A DNA stretch of 64,000 nucleotides from a candidate division FCPU426 bacterium (GCA_963738405.1 CAVTWJ010000023.1:256001-320000), one strand, 5' to 3'. Positions 46,796 through 57,300 are shown, numbered from the stretch's first letter. A program made the numbers and translations. The notes: a model not told the origin generated them from the letters alone.

Positions 46796-47531
46796 ACCTT
46801 CCTCCATCCACATCAAGAACCTGACCTGTGATAAAAGGGTGCTTTGCCAAAAAAAGGACCGCTGAGGCAATATCCTCTGGCCGCCCCGAGCGATTCAAAG
46901 CGGACCGCTTTATTATTTTGTTCTTAAGATTCCTGTGGTAAGAAACAGGAAAGGTGATCGCGCCCGGCGAAACCGCGTTCACCCGCACTTTGGGACCCAT
47001 TTCTCGAGCCATAAAATGAGTCAGAGCCACCAGCGCTGCTTTGGACGCGCAATAGGCGCCGAAATCTTTCAAAAGGGGGTGGGAACCGTAAATATCGGTA
47101 ATATGAACCACAGCCCCCTCTGTTTTTTGGAGCCAAGGAAAAGCCGCGGTCGACAAAAAATAGGGTGATAGGGTATTAACTCTAAATATTTTTTCCCAAT
47201 CACCGGAACTTGATTTTCGGAAGGGCGTGGGTTTGAACAGCGAAGCGTTATTAACCACGCAATCCAATTTTCCCCAATGGTTGATCACCTTGCGAATTAA
47301 ACCTCTAGTTGCATCGGGTTTGTCCAAATCGCCCTGTAAAAGAAAAACATCCGACCCTTGTTCTTTCAGGGATTGGCAAAATTCCACCGCCCTTTTTTTT
47401 GAAGATTGATAATGGATGGCGGCGGCTCCGCCTTCTCGCACGATTTGACGGGTAATAGCCTGCCCTATTGGGCTAGCCCCCCCCGTGACAAGAAAAACCG
47501 GTTGGTCCAATAATTTTTTTCTGGATTTCAT
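46785..47531 (-). CDS. SDR oxidoreductase, pteridine reductase/FolM-like
   Basis: VTGGASPIG, IHY, VNNASLF, HITD, YCASK, VRVNAVSPG, VDGG. Confidence 0.82.
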   Translation of the reverse strand: MKSRKKLLDQPVFLVTGGASPIGQAITRQIVREGGAAAIHYQSSKKRAVEFCQSLKEQGSDVFLLQGDLDKPDATRGLIRKVINHWGKLDCVVNNASLFKPTPFRKSSSGDWEKIFRVNTLSPYFLSTAAFPWLQKTEGAVVHITDIYGSHPLLKDFGAYCASKAALVALTHFMAREMGPKVRVNAVSPGAITFPVSYHRNLKNKIIKRSALNRSGRPEDIASAVLFLAKHPFITGQVLDVDGGRFSG

Positions 47532-47568
47532 ATCAGAATTTTATCAAGGGGTAGGCAATAAACAACCC

Positions 47569-48387
47569 TTATGCGTCATCCCGCAACGATGAAAGAGTTT
47601 TGGAAAGAAGCGGCATCCATTTCCAATACCAAGAGGTCAATGTCACCAGTGGCGTCCCGGGATGGCTTTGACTAAATAATTTTTGGGCAGATTCCCATAA
47701 GATGGAACCGGGTCCATTCCGGCGAAGGTTTTCCTGAAATTCCCTTAAAAGTACAGGCGGGCGAATCTCGAGAAAATCGTTCAAAGCCTCCTTTTGCAAA
47801 TCCTCGTTTCCGACCAACAAATCCATGATCAGCGCCAATGATTTGGCCGAATCAAATATTTTTTCAGGACTCGACTGCTGCCCGATTTTTAATTCCAACC
47901 CTTCCGCAAGAATAAAACGTCCCACCTGAGGAATTTGAACCTCGTAAGAAGACTCAAGATATTTAACCTCGACTGCATGTGGGTTTTCGAGCAAAAGCAG
48001 CGCCTTACGGCTGGGATGAACCGCCAGTCGCGATCTTGGCGGATTTTTGCGAGCCTTTATTTGGGGGCACACGAACCGGAGGTATCCAAGGTCGCCTCGG
48101 ATATAGGCGGGGCAAGAGACTCCCTTTTCATCAAAATAGGGCCGCTTCTGAAACCCCTGTTGAATCAAGTAACGGGAGAGATCTTCAAGTGCTTTTCCCG
48201 GTTTTTCCACGCCAAAAACCGTCGGCGCGTGAGTAGAAGGCGTAAAGCGCTTCCCCATCAGCGACAGGTGATAAAGTTCGCAAGCTTTTTCTTCCAACAA
48301 AACCAACTGGGGAAGAAAAGGCTTTAACCATGGAAGCCATGATGAAATGGTGGCGGTGGCCCGCATGGAATCTCCAGGAATAATCAA
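47569..48387 (-). CDS. Hypothetical protein
   Basis: 272-aa ORF filling the gap in operon orientation; no reliable motif. Confidence 0.6.
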   Translation of the reverse strand: MIIPGDSMRATATISSWLPWLKPFLPQLVLLEEKACELYHLSLMGKRFTPSTHAPTVFGVEKPGKALEDLSRYLIQQGFQKRPYFDEKGVSCPAYIRGDLGYLRFVCPQIKARKNPPRSRLAVHPSRKALLLLENPHAVEVKYLESSYEVQIPQVGRFILAEGLELKIGQQSSPEKIFDSAKSLALIMDLLVGNEDLQKEALNDFLEIRPPVLLREFQENLRRNGPGSILWESAQKLFSQSHPGTPLVTLTSWYWKWMPLLSKTLSSLRDDA

Positions 48388-48420
48388 TTACAACCTAGTC
48401 AATGGTCATCAACCAAACAT

Positions 48421-48651
48421 TTAACCCCGAACCTGAAAACCTCGTTCTTCCAAGATGGATCGAACCTTCTCGCGGACGTCGCCTTGTATTTCCAAAATCA
48501 TCCCCTTGACCGTACCGCCGGTTCCACAAAATTTTTTGATTCCAGCCGCCAGTTCCGCCAATTCGTCCGCACGGCGGGTAAAACCCTTCAGTAGGGTCAC
48601 TTTTCGGCCGGAACGGCCCTGGGTTTCCAACCGCATCGTTATCGTTTCCAT
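48421..48651 (-). CDS. SUI1/YciH translation initiation factor family
   Basis: GRSGRKVT, KKFCGTGGTVK, EIQGDVR. Confidence 0.92.
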   Translation of the reverse strand: METITMRLETQGRSGRKVTLLKGFTRRADELAELAAGIKKFCGTGGTVKGMILEIQGDVREKVRSILEERGFQVRG

Positions 48652-48662
48652 GTTGTTTGTCC

Positions 48663-48700
48663 AAAAAAAAAGCCACCCAAATCAAAGGGTGACTTTTTTT
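48663..48700 (-). terminator. Intrinsic terminator after the tRNA pair
   Basis: A9-GCCACCC...GGGTGAC-T7 stem. Confidence 0.8.
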
Positions 48701-48707
48701 ATCTGGG

Positions 48708-48781
<74 letters not shown>

Positions 48782-48828
48782 TCTGTTTGGCGCCCATGGC
48801 GCCCGGGCCGTTTTCCGGCCGGTTTATT

Positions 48829-48916
48829 TGGTGCCGAGACCCGGAATCGAACCGGGACGGGCTTTAGGCCCGAGGGATTTTAAGTCCCTTGCGTCTGCCA
48901 GTTCCGCCATCTCGGC
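48829..48916 (-). tRNA. tRNA-Leu(TAA)
   Basis: GCCGAGATGGCGGAACTGGCAGACGC..GGGACTTAAAATCCC, long variable arm, GTTCGATTC, CCA. Confidence 0.96.
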
Positions 48917-49065
48917 TCACGACCCTCAACTTTGACCGTTCAGGTTCGTTCAGTTTCGGTGGAAACTCCTCATACCCAAAAGAGAAAAGATAAAACCGAC
49001 GGTTGAAAAGGATGCTTAGGATATCTTCGAGAACATCGGAAGTCAATCAGATAGGGTCTTTTCGG

Positions 49066-49353
49066 TTAGTGAGATTTTGTCTCGGAGAACTTATATATCA
49101 TTTCGCCGGGGCGGACCAAATTCAACTCTTCTCTGGCTTGTTTTTCAAGGATGGCTGGATTTTTATCCACCGCCGAAACTTCTTCTTGATAGCGGGTAAT
49201 ATCCGTTTGCAGTTGTCGTATTTGAGAGTTCAGTAATTGTTTTTCTTCTTGTAGCTGGTACAAACGCCACAAACCTCGATTGCCCGTTATCACGAGATAT
49301 AAAATGACCGCTCCGACAATGAGGGGGCCCCAATTTCGCGAGAGTGCCTTCAT
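49066..49353 (-). CDS. Septum formation initiator (FtsB/DivIC family)
   Basis: TM, GNRGL, coiled coil, LEKQAREELNLVRPGE. Confidence 0.9.
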   Translation of the reverse strand: MKALSRNWGPLIVGAVILYLVITGNRGLWRLYQLQEEKQLLNSQIRQLQTDITRYQEEVSAVDKNPAILEKQAREELNLVRPGEMIYKFSETKSH

Positions 49354-50192
49354 CGAAACTCCCAAGGCTTGAAAAATTCCCGCCAGCCTCTTTTACTTTC
49401 CAGTTCCAAAACCTCCAACGTAGATTTTAAGGGTTGATTAAAAAGGGTTATTTTATATTTAAGTAACATCCTTTCAAGCGCTAGGGTTGGCATCGAACAC
49501 ACAATAATTAATCCCAAAAATACACAACCAATAGGGAAAAAAACCGACATTAACAAAAAAGCTCCTGTTAAAAAGATCAATAGACCCAAGGACAAAATAC
49601 TGTTTCCAAGCACAAGCAAGAAAGAACGAGTAATGACTTTGAAAGGACTAATATCCTGCGCAAACAAAAGAGGCCATTGAAATAAGGACATCGAAAACCA
49701 GAAAAGCAATATCCAAAAGCATAACCCCTCAACCAGATATCCTGGCAAACCCCATTCCTTGATAAAACTTGGAAATATTCTAAAGTTCCAATAACTTAAA
49801 AGAAACACACCCGCCCATAGGATGGACAGAAAGAGGGCTCGCAGAGAAAACCGTTTAAGCCCTTCCCAATAATGCTTTAATCGAAACTCCTGACCCGTAA
49901 AAACGCGAAACACCCCATATGCCCATCCAACCGAAAACAGGGACTCCAAACAATACAGACTCAGAATTCCTAATGTTTTGGGGGATTGAAAAGATCCCAA
50001 ATATTCCATGTGATTGAAAAACCATCCCAGGGACATTAAGCCGGAAAACCAAAGACCATTAAATAAAATTAAAACGCCCAGATGGTCATATAAACGCCAA
50101 AACCAAGAATGAATAATTTCGGTCCAAGAGAACAGCCGGGGGGGTACTTCGAGGGAAGAGAGGCCTTCTGAAACGGACGGTTCAAGAGCCAC
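49350..50192 (-). CDS. Hypothetical polytopic membrane protein
   Basis: About six hydrophobic segments; coupled to the ftsB-like gene. Confidence 0.7.
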   Translation of the reverse strand: MALEPSVSEGLSSLEVPPRLFSWTEIIHSWFWRLYDHLGVLILFNGLWFSGLMSLGWFFNHMEYLGSFQSPKTLGILSLYCLESLFSVGWAYGVFRVFTGQEFRLKHYWEGLKRFSLRALFLSILWAGVFLLSYWNFRIFPSFIKEWGLPGYLVEGLCFWILLFWFSMSLFQWPLLFAQDISPFKVITRSFLLVLGNSILSLGLLIFLTGAFLLMSVFFPIGCVFLGLIIVCSMPTLALERMLLKYKITLFNQPLKSTLEVLELESKRGWREFFKPWEFR

Positions 50193-50197
50193 GAATA

Positions 50198-50557
50198 TCA
50201 GGCTAGTTCTTTCTCAAACTTTGGAATAGCTTTTTTCAACTCTAATCGGCCACGTCCTAGGTTTCCATCCAAGTTGATGGCAAGGGTCACAAAATAATTC
50301 AATCCCACCATCATCATGATCATGGTGGCCTTATCGGTGGTTATGAGGATTTCCGCGGTATTTCCAAGACCAAAATTCGAGGAGGCGCGCATCGCATTTT
50401 TGATGATGCTCGAATATTCCGCCCCCACGGCATTAATGTCAAATGTAGCGTTATGCGATATTTGGTCGATCACAATACCGTCCATTCCTACTAAACCAGC
50501 CCCGATTGCCCCTTCCACGTTTGAAAGGGTCTCTTCGAGAATTTTTTTAAAATCCAT
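50198..50557 (-). CDS. Roadblock/LC7 protein (MglB/MglC-like)
   Basis: VEGAIGAGLVGMDGIVI...GNLGRGRLEL. Confidence 0.88.
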   Translation of the reverse strand: MDFKKILEETLSNVEGAIGAGLVGMDGIVIDQISHNATFDINAVGAEYSSIIKNAMRASSNFGLGNTAEILITTDKATMIMMMVGLNYFVTLAINLDGNLGRGRLELKKAIPKFEKELA

Positions 50558-50613
50558 TGGGTTGTCCTTGCAACTAAAGGAAAATGTCGTTCAAGCCACG
50601 ACTGAGGGTGTAA

Positions 50614-51930
50614 TTATATGTTTTTTTCGACTTTTTTCACCAAGGAATCAAGGGAAAACCTTAATAAACCCAGGTTGGTTTTTTCATTGGCGAGAACGAC
50701 CAATGTCGGTCCATTGAAATACACTAAGAGGATGTGACCCTTTTCTGCCGTCACCATAATTTGTTGAAGTTTTCCCTGTTGGATGGCGTTCACCCCTTGG
50801 CGAGTGCTTTCCAGTATGGAAAAGGCTTGTTTTGATGCATCCGACTGATAATCCGCTTCGTTGGAAGCCACAAGAACCTTTCCATCAGGTCCAACCCAAA
50901 AACCTTTGATCATTCCCTCGACGGCCGCTAATTCAGCCAAAGCTCCCTTTAAGACACTTTTTTTTGATTCATCCAGCGTCCATCCGCCTGATGTTGAGGC
51001 TGTTTCAACATGCGAAGTAGGGTGAACTGAAGGAGAAGATTCTTTAGGGACCTCTGGAGCAACGACTGCGATTTTTTTCTCTTCTACAACCGCATCATCC
51101 TTACCGCCCCGTCTCATGACTAACAAAATATCTTCGTTGGTAAATTTGGAGTCATCATCCTCTTTGGGCTTTGGATTTTTTTTGACTTCGACCTTCGTCT
51201 CTTCAACCAGAACATCCTCTTTTTGGTCAGGGGGCTGAGTAAATTCATTTTTTTTCAACTTTGAGAGGGCAGGCGTAACCGCTGATTCCTTTTGTTGCCG
51301 TTCGACCGTCTCACTAAGCTTCTGCCGCAACATCAAATTTTGGGGATCGTTAGCCAATAATTCCTGAAACACCTCAATCGCTTTATCGAAATGTCCTTGC
51401 TTGATGTAAAGTTCAGCAAGGGTTAGGGTCGCCGTGCTTTCTTTTGAAGGGGCAGATTTAGCCTCTGCCAGAATTAATGTTTTCGGGTTAGGTTGAACAC
51501 CTTGGTTTTCGCCCGCCGCTTTTTCAATAGCAGTTTTAAGTTCTTTTTGAGCTTCTTCATCATCGGGATTAAGGGTTAAGACCTTTTGATATTCCTCGAT
51601 GGCCGCCTGATAGTCTCTTTTTTCAAAATAAATAGATCCTAAAAGATTATGGGCCAAAAGATTATCAGGATCGATTTCAAGAACGGTTTTAAATTCTTCA
51701 GATGCTTCATCAATTTTCCCTTGTTCCCGCAATATGCGTCCCAAGACAACTTGAGCCAAAGTATAGGAAGAATGTTTTTGAAGTCCACGCTTGCAAACTT
51801 CCAACGCTTCTTTCAAATTTCCTTGACGTCTAAAAGCATCTGCCAATGGGGCAAACACAAGGGAATCCGGATTCTCATCAAGTTTTTTTTTCAGTTCAGT
51901 GATTTCTGTTGTTAGGGAATCGTTCGCCAT
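50614..51930 (-). CDS. TPR protein with C-terminal roadblock/LC7 domain
   Basis: FAPLADAFRR and TLTLAELYIKQG TPRs, charged linker, VGPDGKVL...NLGLLRF. Confidence 0.85.
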   Translation of the reverse strand: MANDSLTTEITELKKKLDENPDSLVFAPLADAFRRQGNLKEALEVCKRGLQKHSSYTLAQVVLGRILREQGKIDEASEEFKTVLEIDPDNLLAHNLLGSIYFEKRDYQAAIEEYQKVLTLNPDDEEAQKELKTAIEKAAGENQGVQPNPKTLILAEAKSAPSKESTATLTLAELYIKQGHFDKAIEVFQELLANDPQNLMLRQKLSETVERQQKESAVTPALSKLKKNEFTQPPDQKEDVLVEETKVEVKKNPKPKEDDDSKFTNEDILLVMRRGGKDDAVVEEKKIAVVAPEVPKESSPSVHPTSHVETASTSGGWTLDESKKSVLKGALAELAAVEGMIKGFWVGPDGKVLVASNEADYQSDASKQAFSILESTRQGVNAIQQGKLQQIMVTAEKGHILLVYFNGPTLVVLANEKTNLGLLRFSLDSLVKKVEKNI

Positions 51931-51934
51931 GGGG

Positions 51935-53041
51935 CTAGGAGGACTCGCAGGCTTCAGCTCGAACCTGTCTTAAAGCTGAATAGATGACGGATGAAGGCAA
52001 GTTTTTCTGAATGCTAACAAGCCCTATTTTCCTTGTCAATATAAATTGGACTTTCCCATTCTTTGCTTTCTTATCCAATGTCATCTTTTTAAAGACACTT
52101 TTAATGTCAAAAGGCTTCAGTTTTGGTGTTAATCTCGCGCGTCTTAAAAGGTTCCATTGCTGGTCAACGGTTGCTTGGTTACAGAGTCCTTGTTTCAACG
52201 CCGCCAATGAGGCAAACCTCATACCAACGGCTATTGCTTCTCCATGGGTGATACTTCCAAATCGGTAGTACGCCTCCAAGGCATGACCCAAGGTGTGCCC
52301 GTAGTTCAGCCAAGCCCTGTTTCCAATTTCTCTTTCATCCTTTGAAACAATCGATGCTTTTATTTGACATGAACGAACAATGACGGTAAGAAGGGCTTTC
52401 GTTTCTAAGCGAAGGAGACTTTCCAAATTATTTTCTAAATAATTGAAAAAATGAGCGTCATAAATGACCCCATATTTGATTATTTCCGCCAAGCCAGTTC
52501 GAATATTTCTCGCATCCAAAGTTTTCAATACAAAAGGGTCAATGAAAACACTCACGGGTTGATAAAAAGTGCCAATTAAGTTTTTAATTCCCTCAAAATC
52601 TATACCATTTTTACCGCCTATACTTGCATCTACCTGAGCTAACAAGGTCGTGGGTACTTGCACAAAGGTAATTCCGCGCATGTAAATCGATGCAGCAAGT
52701 CCTGATAAATCTCCGACCACTCCACCCCCAAGAGCTAATAAACAAGAATCTCTTTGAAACCCCATTTTACGTAATTGTTTCAATATTGCGAAAAGGGTCT
52801 TCTCGTTTTTATAAAACTCTCCATCCTTGATAATAAATTGATCGGAAGGGATATTCTTTTTTTGAAAACCACGCCTCAGTAACTTGCCGTAATTTTCCAT
52901 TACTTTATCATTCGTAATGATCATGATTTTGGATGGATTTACATGTTTAATAATCCAAGAAGGGACGTCTTTGAGCAAACCGTTCCCGATTTGAATAGTA
53001 TAATTTCGGTCCGAGAGAGAGACCGGTATCGTTTTAGTCAT
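51935..53041 (-). CDS. aroB: 3-dehydroquinate synthase
   Basis: GGGVVGDLSG, PTTLLAQVDASIGGK, LNYGHTLGHA, HGEA. Confidence 0.98.
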   Translation of the reverse strand: MTKTIPVSLSDRNYTIQIGNGLLKDVPSWIIKHVNPSKIMIITNDKVMENYGKLLRRGFQKKNIPSDQFIIKDGEFYKNEKTLFAILKQLRKMGFQRDSCLLALGGGVVGDLSGLAASIYMRGITFVQVPTTLLAQVDASIGGKNGIDFEGIKNLIGTFYQPVSVFIDPFVLKTLDARNIRTGLAEIIKYGVIYDAHFFNYLENNLESLLRLETKALLTVIVRSCQIKASIVSKDEREIGNRAWLNYGHTLGHALEAYYRFGSITHGEAIAVGMRFASLAALKQGLCNQATVDQQWNLLRRARLTPKLKPFDIKSVFKKMTLDKKAKNGKVQFILTRKIGLVSIQKNLPSSVIYSALRQVRAEACESS

Positions 53042-53141
53042 TTCCCCGTCTTCTTTTTTTGTTTTTTTCTAATCCAATTGGAGTGTAGATCAATAGTGAA
53101 AGTAAAGTTGACACTACAAGTAAACCTATAAAATAATATTT

Positions 53142-53693
53142 TCAAAGCGGCAATTGGGACAAATCAAACGGCTTTACCTTTAAAAAAGATTCGTATATTT
53201 CTGTCGCCACTTCCTTCGGTGTTTTCTTGTCAGTATCCACTTTAAAATGCGCTTGTGAATAAATGGGATTTCGTTCGGTCAACAAACTCGTGATTGATTC
53301 CAGCGGATGTTTGCTATTGGCCAAAATTGGTCTCTTGATAAGATTGTTTTCTACTCGGCTGAAACTTTGTTCCGGGGATACTCGAAGCCATACGCACCAG
53401 CCTAATTTCAAAAAGCCTTCTCTAAGATTTCGAGACAACCATGCACCGCCGCCAAGTGACATAACATGATGAGTTTTATCACTAACCCAGCTCAAGGCTT
53501 TTATTTCTTCCATCCTGAAATAATTCTCTCCCTTGGTTTCAAATATTTCACTCACTGTTTTTTTATTATTTTCCTCAATCCACTGGTCCATATCCCAATA
53601 ATGGAACCCTATTTTTTGAGATAGTTCTCTTCCAGTTGTTGACTTTCCCGAACCCATAAAACCCAAAAGGATAATGTTTTGCGGTAGACTCAT
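53142..53693 (-). CDS. aroK: Shikimate kinase
   Basis: GFMGSGKST, GENYFR, SLGGG, RPIL. Confidence 0.96.
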   Translation of the reverse strand: MSLPQNIILLGFMGSGKSTTGRELSQKIGFHYWDMDQWIEENNKKTVSEIFETKGENYFRMEEIKALSWVSDKTHHVMSLGGGAWLSRNLREGFLKLGWCVWLRVSPEQSFSRVENNLIKRPILANSKHPLESITSLLTERNPIYSQAHFKVDTDKKTPKEVATEIYESFLKVKPFDLSQLPL

Positions 53694-53697
53694 AAAA

Positions 53698-54858
53698 TCA
53701 ATATGAAAGTAGATGATGCTTATAATTTTTGTACCTGCTCAAAATCTCACCCATAAAATCCCCACCCATTTTTTCTAAGAATGCATCAGCCAATACCCAG
53801 GCGGTTAAAGCCTCACCAATGACAGATGCGGCTGGCAAGGCACAGGTATCTGACCTTTCGTATGCCGCCTTAATCTCTTTCTTAGAGTTAATATCAACGG
53901 ACCTTAAGGGTTTTCGAAGAGTTGAAATCGGCTTTTTCGCGACACGAAGAATGATGGGTTCCCCGTTGGAGATCCCTCCCTCAATTCCACCAGCTCGGTT
54001 CGTGCGGTGATAAAACCCGATTCTTTTACGGTAAGCAATTTCATCATGCACTTGGGAGCCAAGTTTAACCGAATTTTCAAATCCGTTTCCTATTTCCACA
54101 CCCTTAACCGCCTGAAGGCTCATCAAGCTTTGAGTCAATCTCCCATCCAACTTTCTGTCCCATTGAACATGACTCCCTAACCCGACCGGAACTCCGGAAG
54201 CAACTACTTCAAAAATCCCTCCCAGGGTATCGCCTTTTTTCTGGGCGGCGTCAATAAATGTTATCGCTTTACGAGTTGCTCTGGAATCCAACATTCGCAC
54301 CGGGGATAAATCCGCTTTATGGTTAAGATTTTTTAAATTCAATTTCCGAAAAATGGATTTTATTGACCCCAATTGAACAACATGACTTTGAATTTGTATT
54401 CCAAAACAGGATAAAAATTGTTTTGCCACAGCCCCGGCGGCCACCCTAACCGTGGTTTCGCGGGCACTGGCCCTTTCCAAAATATTTCGAAGATCCCTTT
54501 CGTTATACTTTAAACCGCCCGGAAGGTCCGCATGGCCTGGGCGGGGCCTTATTAAAGGATTCCCCTTCTCCAGATTTAAGGGTTCTGGCGACATTATTTT
54601 TTCCCAATTGGAATAGTCTTTGTTTTTTACAAACAGGCTTATAGGGGACCCTAACGTAAGCCCTTTCCGAACTCCCGACAGGATCTCAACTTGATCCTTT
54701 TCAATAGCCATTCGGCCCCCCCGACCGTAACCTTTTTGTCGGCGGGAAAGTTCATGATTTATATTTTCAGCGGTTATTGGAAGATGCGCCGGAAAGCCCT
54801 CCAAAATCACCACTAATCCCTTGCCGTGCGATTCTCCAGCGGTTAAAAAACGAATCAC
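53698..54858 (-). CDS. aroC: Chorismate synthase
   Basis: TAGESHG, RPGHAD, ERASARET, GGIEGGISNG, ERSD. Confidence 0.98.
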   Translation of the reverse strand: MIRFLTAGESHGKGLVVILEGFPAHLPITAENINHELSRRQKGYGRGGRMAIEKDQVEILSGVRKGLTLGSPISLFVKNKDYSNWEKIMSPEPLNLEKGNPLIRPRPGHADLPGGLKYNERDLRNILERASARETTVRVAAGAVAKQFLSCFGIQIQSHVVQLGSIKSIFRKLNLKNLNHKADLSPVRMLDSRATRKAITFIDAAQKKGDTLGGIFEVVASGVPVGLGSHVQWDRKLDGRLTQSLMSLQAVKGVEIGNGFENSVKLGSQVHDEIAYRKRIGFYHRTNRAGGIEGGISNGEPIILRVAKKPISTLRKPLRSVDINSKKEIKAAYERSDTCALPAASVIGEALTAWVLADAFLEKMGGDFMGEILSRYKNYKHHLLSY

Positions 54859-54918
54859 GAGAATACTCCGAAAGAATTATGCGTAACCTAAATGAATCTT
54901 AAAGAAAGAATTGGCGGT

Positions 54919-57300
54919 TCAATCTTCCATAAGGGTTGGAGTGATGAAAATAACCAACTCCACCTTTGACAAAGTGTGAGAATGATCCTGGAAAAGAGCT
55001 CCGATAATCGGGAGACTTGATAACAACGGTACACCACTAATCGTATCAGTCATGGTTTGCCTCATTAAACCACCAATAACAATTGTTTCTCCGTTTTTAG
55101 TTGTCAAGGTGGTGTTAGCCGTTTCCACCGACGTTGGAGGAGGTGCTCCTTGAGCAAGAGCAATTCCCGTTTGGCTCGTAATTGAGGCGTTAATGATGGA
55201 TGTAATGCGTCCATCATCTGTAATTCGCGGAGTAACTTTTAAATCAATGGGCAAGGGCAAATTTGTGAAGGTGGTAGTAAATTGTGCACCACTACCCTGA
55301 ACTAAAGTTTCTGTTGTTGTGGTTAGCACGACGTTTTCAACAACATTAATTTCCGCTGGAATACCACTCCCCGTCGCAATTTTTGGTTTTGAAATAATTT
55401 TACCTTTGTTGTGATTTTCAAGTGCCTCTATGGTCGCATTGATATTCAACCCGCTTCGAATAGTTCCGAACTGAAAACTCGGCGGAGCCGCGCCTGGAGC
55501 GGGCAAACTCACCGCACCATTAAAAGTTGGATCGCCAACATTTCGTTGTATTTGCCAATTGACACCCATATTCAGGTCATTTTCATCATCAACTTCGACA
55601 ATATTCGATTCAATTAAAACCTGAGGAATTTTGATATCAAATTCCTTTATGAGTTCCAACAACACCCCCATATTGCTGGCAACTTCCCAAATCACCAGAC
55701 TATTGGTTCTTGCATCCGTCTGGACCCTCCCAACGGGAGTTAAATAAGGCGTTAAAATGCCAGCGGCGGTTCCAGGATCAGAGTAATTCAATTTAACAAC
55801 CTTCGTGATTCTGTCGCTGGTTGTTCCTTCATCCAATTTCAGGTCCTGAATGGCATTTTTATAATCTTCAATATCAGCAGCGGTTCCATTGAGAATCAAA
55901 ACATTACGAACAGTATCTACTGAAGTAGCCACGGCATTAGTCGGCTTAAGAATTGATCGTACCAAAGTGTTAAATTGAGCCGGTGTCATGCCACCGGATG
56001 GGCTTAAGATTTCTATCACATGCGGCATGATAGCCTTTTGGGAAACGATACTCGCCTGCGCCCCAATACGGATCGTATTACCTTGAATATCATAAGCATA
56101 GGCGCCAGGGGCAAGAAGAATGGCCAATGCCGTTTTTAATGGGACATCTTTAAATTTTTCGTTTACGGTTCCAGCCAAACTTCCGCCGATGAAATCCACG
56201 TCAAACCCCGCTTCACTCGTTAGCGTCTTAACCACAACATTTAAATCGGCGTTATCTATATCTAAAGATACCAGTTGATTAAGGTTCCCTTTTTTTTCAA
56301 CCGCCACAGCTACCGGCTCCGGTGCGGTTAAGGTAATAACAACCTGATTCAAATTACGATCCACTTCATAAACCGTTCCTGGCAATAGGGTTAAAAGAGC
56401 TTCGGAAATAGGCGAAAAGACAGGCGGAAGTTGGCGCATTTCCAGGGAAATCAGCCCGCCCTTCTTAAGCTCTACATCGTCATTCTTGAATCTTTTTTCT
56501 TTATCGGCTATTTCCAACCGAGTGTTTAAAAAATGGACGATCAGTTTATCTGGCTGCGATAATTTTCGAACAACATATTTAGAGGGTCCATCGGAGGTCA
56601 AAATAAGTTTTATACCATTTTCAATCGGTTTCACTGATGTTTCGATTAATCTGGAAGAGTTTTTAGAATCCGTTCCTGAAGTTTCGGCGGAAACTGCCGA
56701 AGGGGTTGATAAAGGAACATTCGCTGAAGAGGCTGTCTCTTTATTATTAAGCGTAGTGTCCTTAGAAGATTCAGAAAGGGCGAAATTAACAAGAATGTCG
56801 TCTGATTCTTTTGTCCAAGACCAACTCCCCAAACCATTATTATCCAACACCACCCAAGCGGTTCCCTGATGATCGGACGAACGTATCGACGGGACCAAGG
56901 GGTTCCCGGTTATAATTTTTGATTTTATTTCCAATTTTGTGTTTTCTAATTTTATGAGAATTCTTCCCCGAGATATCCTTGAAATGGTTGGATCCGAAAG
57001 TTTCGTTCCCGCAAGCACTAAAACCAAAGTTTTCTCTTTGGCCACTAAGCTAACTTTCTCCAATACGGTTTCCGGCGAAAGTTGTTTTTTACTTTCTGAT
57101 TTTTGGACCATTTGCCCATCACTTAGGGAAACCGATTTTGCGGACGAAGGCGGTACGGGTGTCGGTTTTGAGGAAGTGCTGGCGGTTCCGCCCAAATCGA
57201 TATCGATTGAATCTCCAGCGAATGATACTTCTAACCCGGGCCAAAACAACAACAACCCGATTATCAAAGCCGGAAGTTTGAATTTTATTTTAAAAAACAT
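54919..57300 (-). CDS. pilQ: Type IV pilus secretin with AMIN-like N-terminal domains
   Basis: PQVLIESNIVEV, LKVTPRIT, GETIVIGGL, GVPLLSSLPIIGALF, ELVIFITP; follows pilMNOP. Confidence 0.92.
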   Translation of the reverse strand: MFFKIKFKLPALIIGLLLFWPGLEVSFAGDSIDIDLGGTASTSSKPTPVPPSSAKSVSLSDGQMVQKSESKKQLSPETVLEKVSLVAKEKTLVLVLAGTKLSDPTISRISRGRILIKLENTKLEIKSKIITGNPLVPSIRSSDHQGTAWVVLDNNGLGSWSWTKESDDILVNFALSESSKDTTLNNKETASSANVPLSTPSAVSAETSGTDSKNSSRLIETSVKPIENGIKLILTSDGPSKYVVRKLSQPDKLIVHFLNTRLEIADKEKRFKNDDVELKKGGLISLEMRQLPPVFSPISEALLTLLPGTVYEVDRNLNQVVITLTAPEPVAVAVEKKGNLNQLVSLDIDNADLNVVVKTLTSEAGFDVDFIGGSLAGTVNEKFKDVPLKTALAILLAPGAYAYDIQGNTIRIGAQASIVSQKAIMPHVIEILSPSGGMTPAQFNTLVRSILKPTNAVATSVDTVRNVLILNGTAADIEDYKNAIQDLKLDEGTTSDRITKVVKLNYSDPGTAAGILTPYLTPVGRVQTDARTNSLVIWEVASNMGVLLELIKEFDIKIPQVLIESNIVEVDDENDLNMGVNWQIQRNVGDPTFNGAVSLPAPGAAPPSFQFGTIRSGLNINATIEALENHNKGKIISKPKIATGSGIPAEINVVENVVLTTTTETLVQGSGAQFTTTFTNLPLPIDLKVTPRITDDGRITSIINASITSQTGIALAQGAPPPTSVETANTTLTTKNGETIVIGGLMRQTMTDTISGVPLLSSLPIIGALFQDHSHTLSKVELVIFITPTLMED

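Noticed and set aside
48829..48916. tRNA-Leu as an integration site
   Set aside because: No duplicated 3' end or integrase seen in the window.
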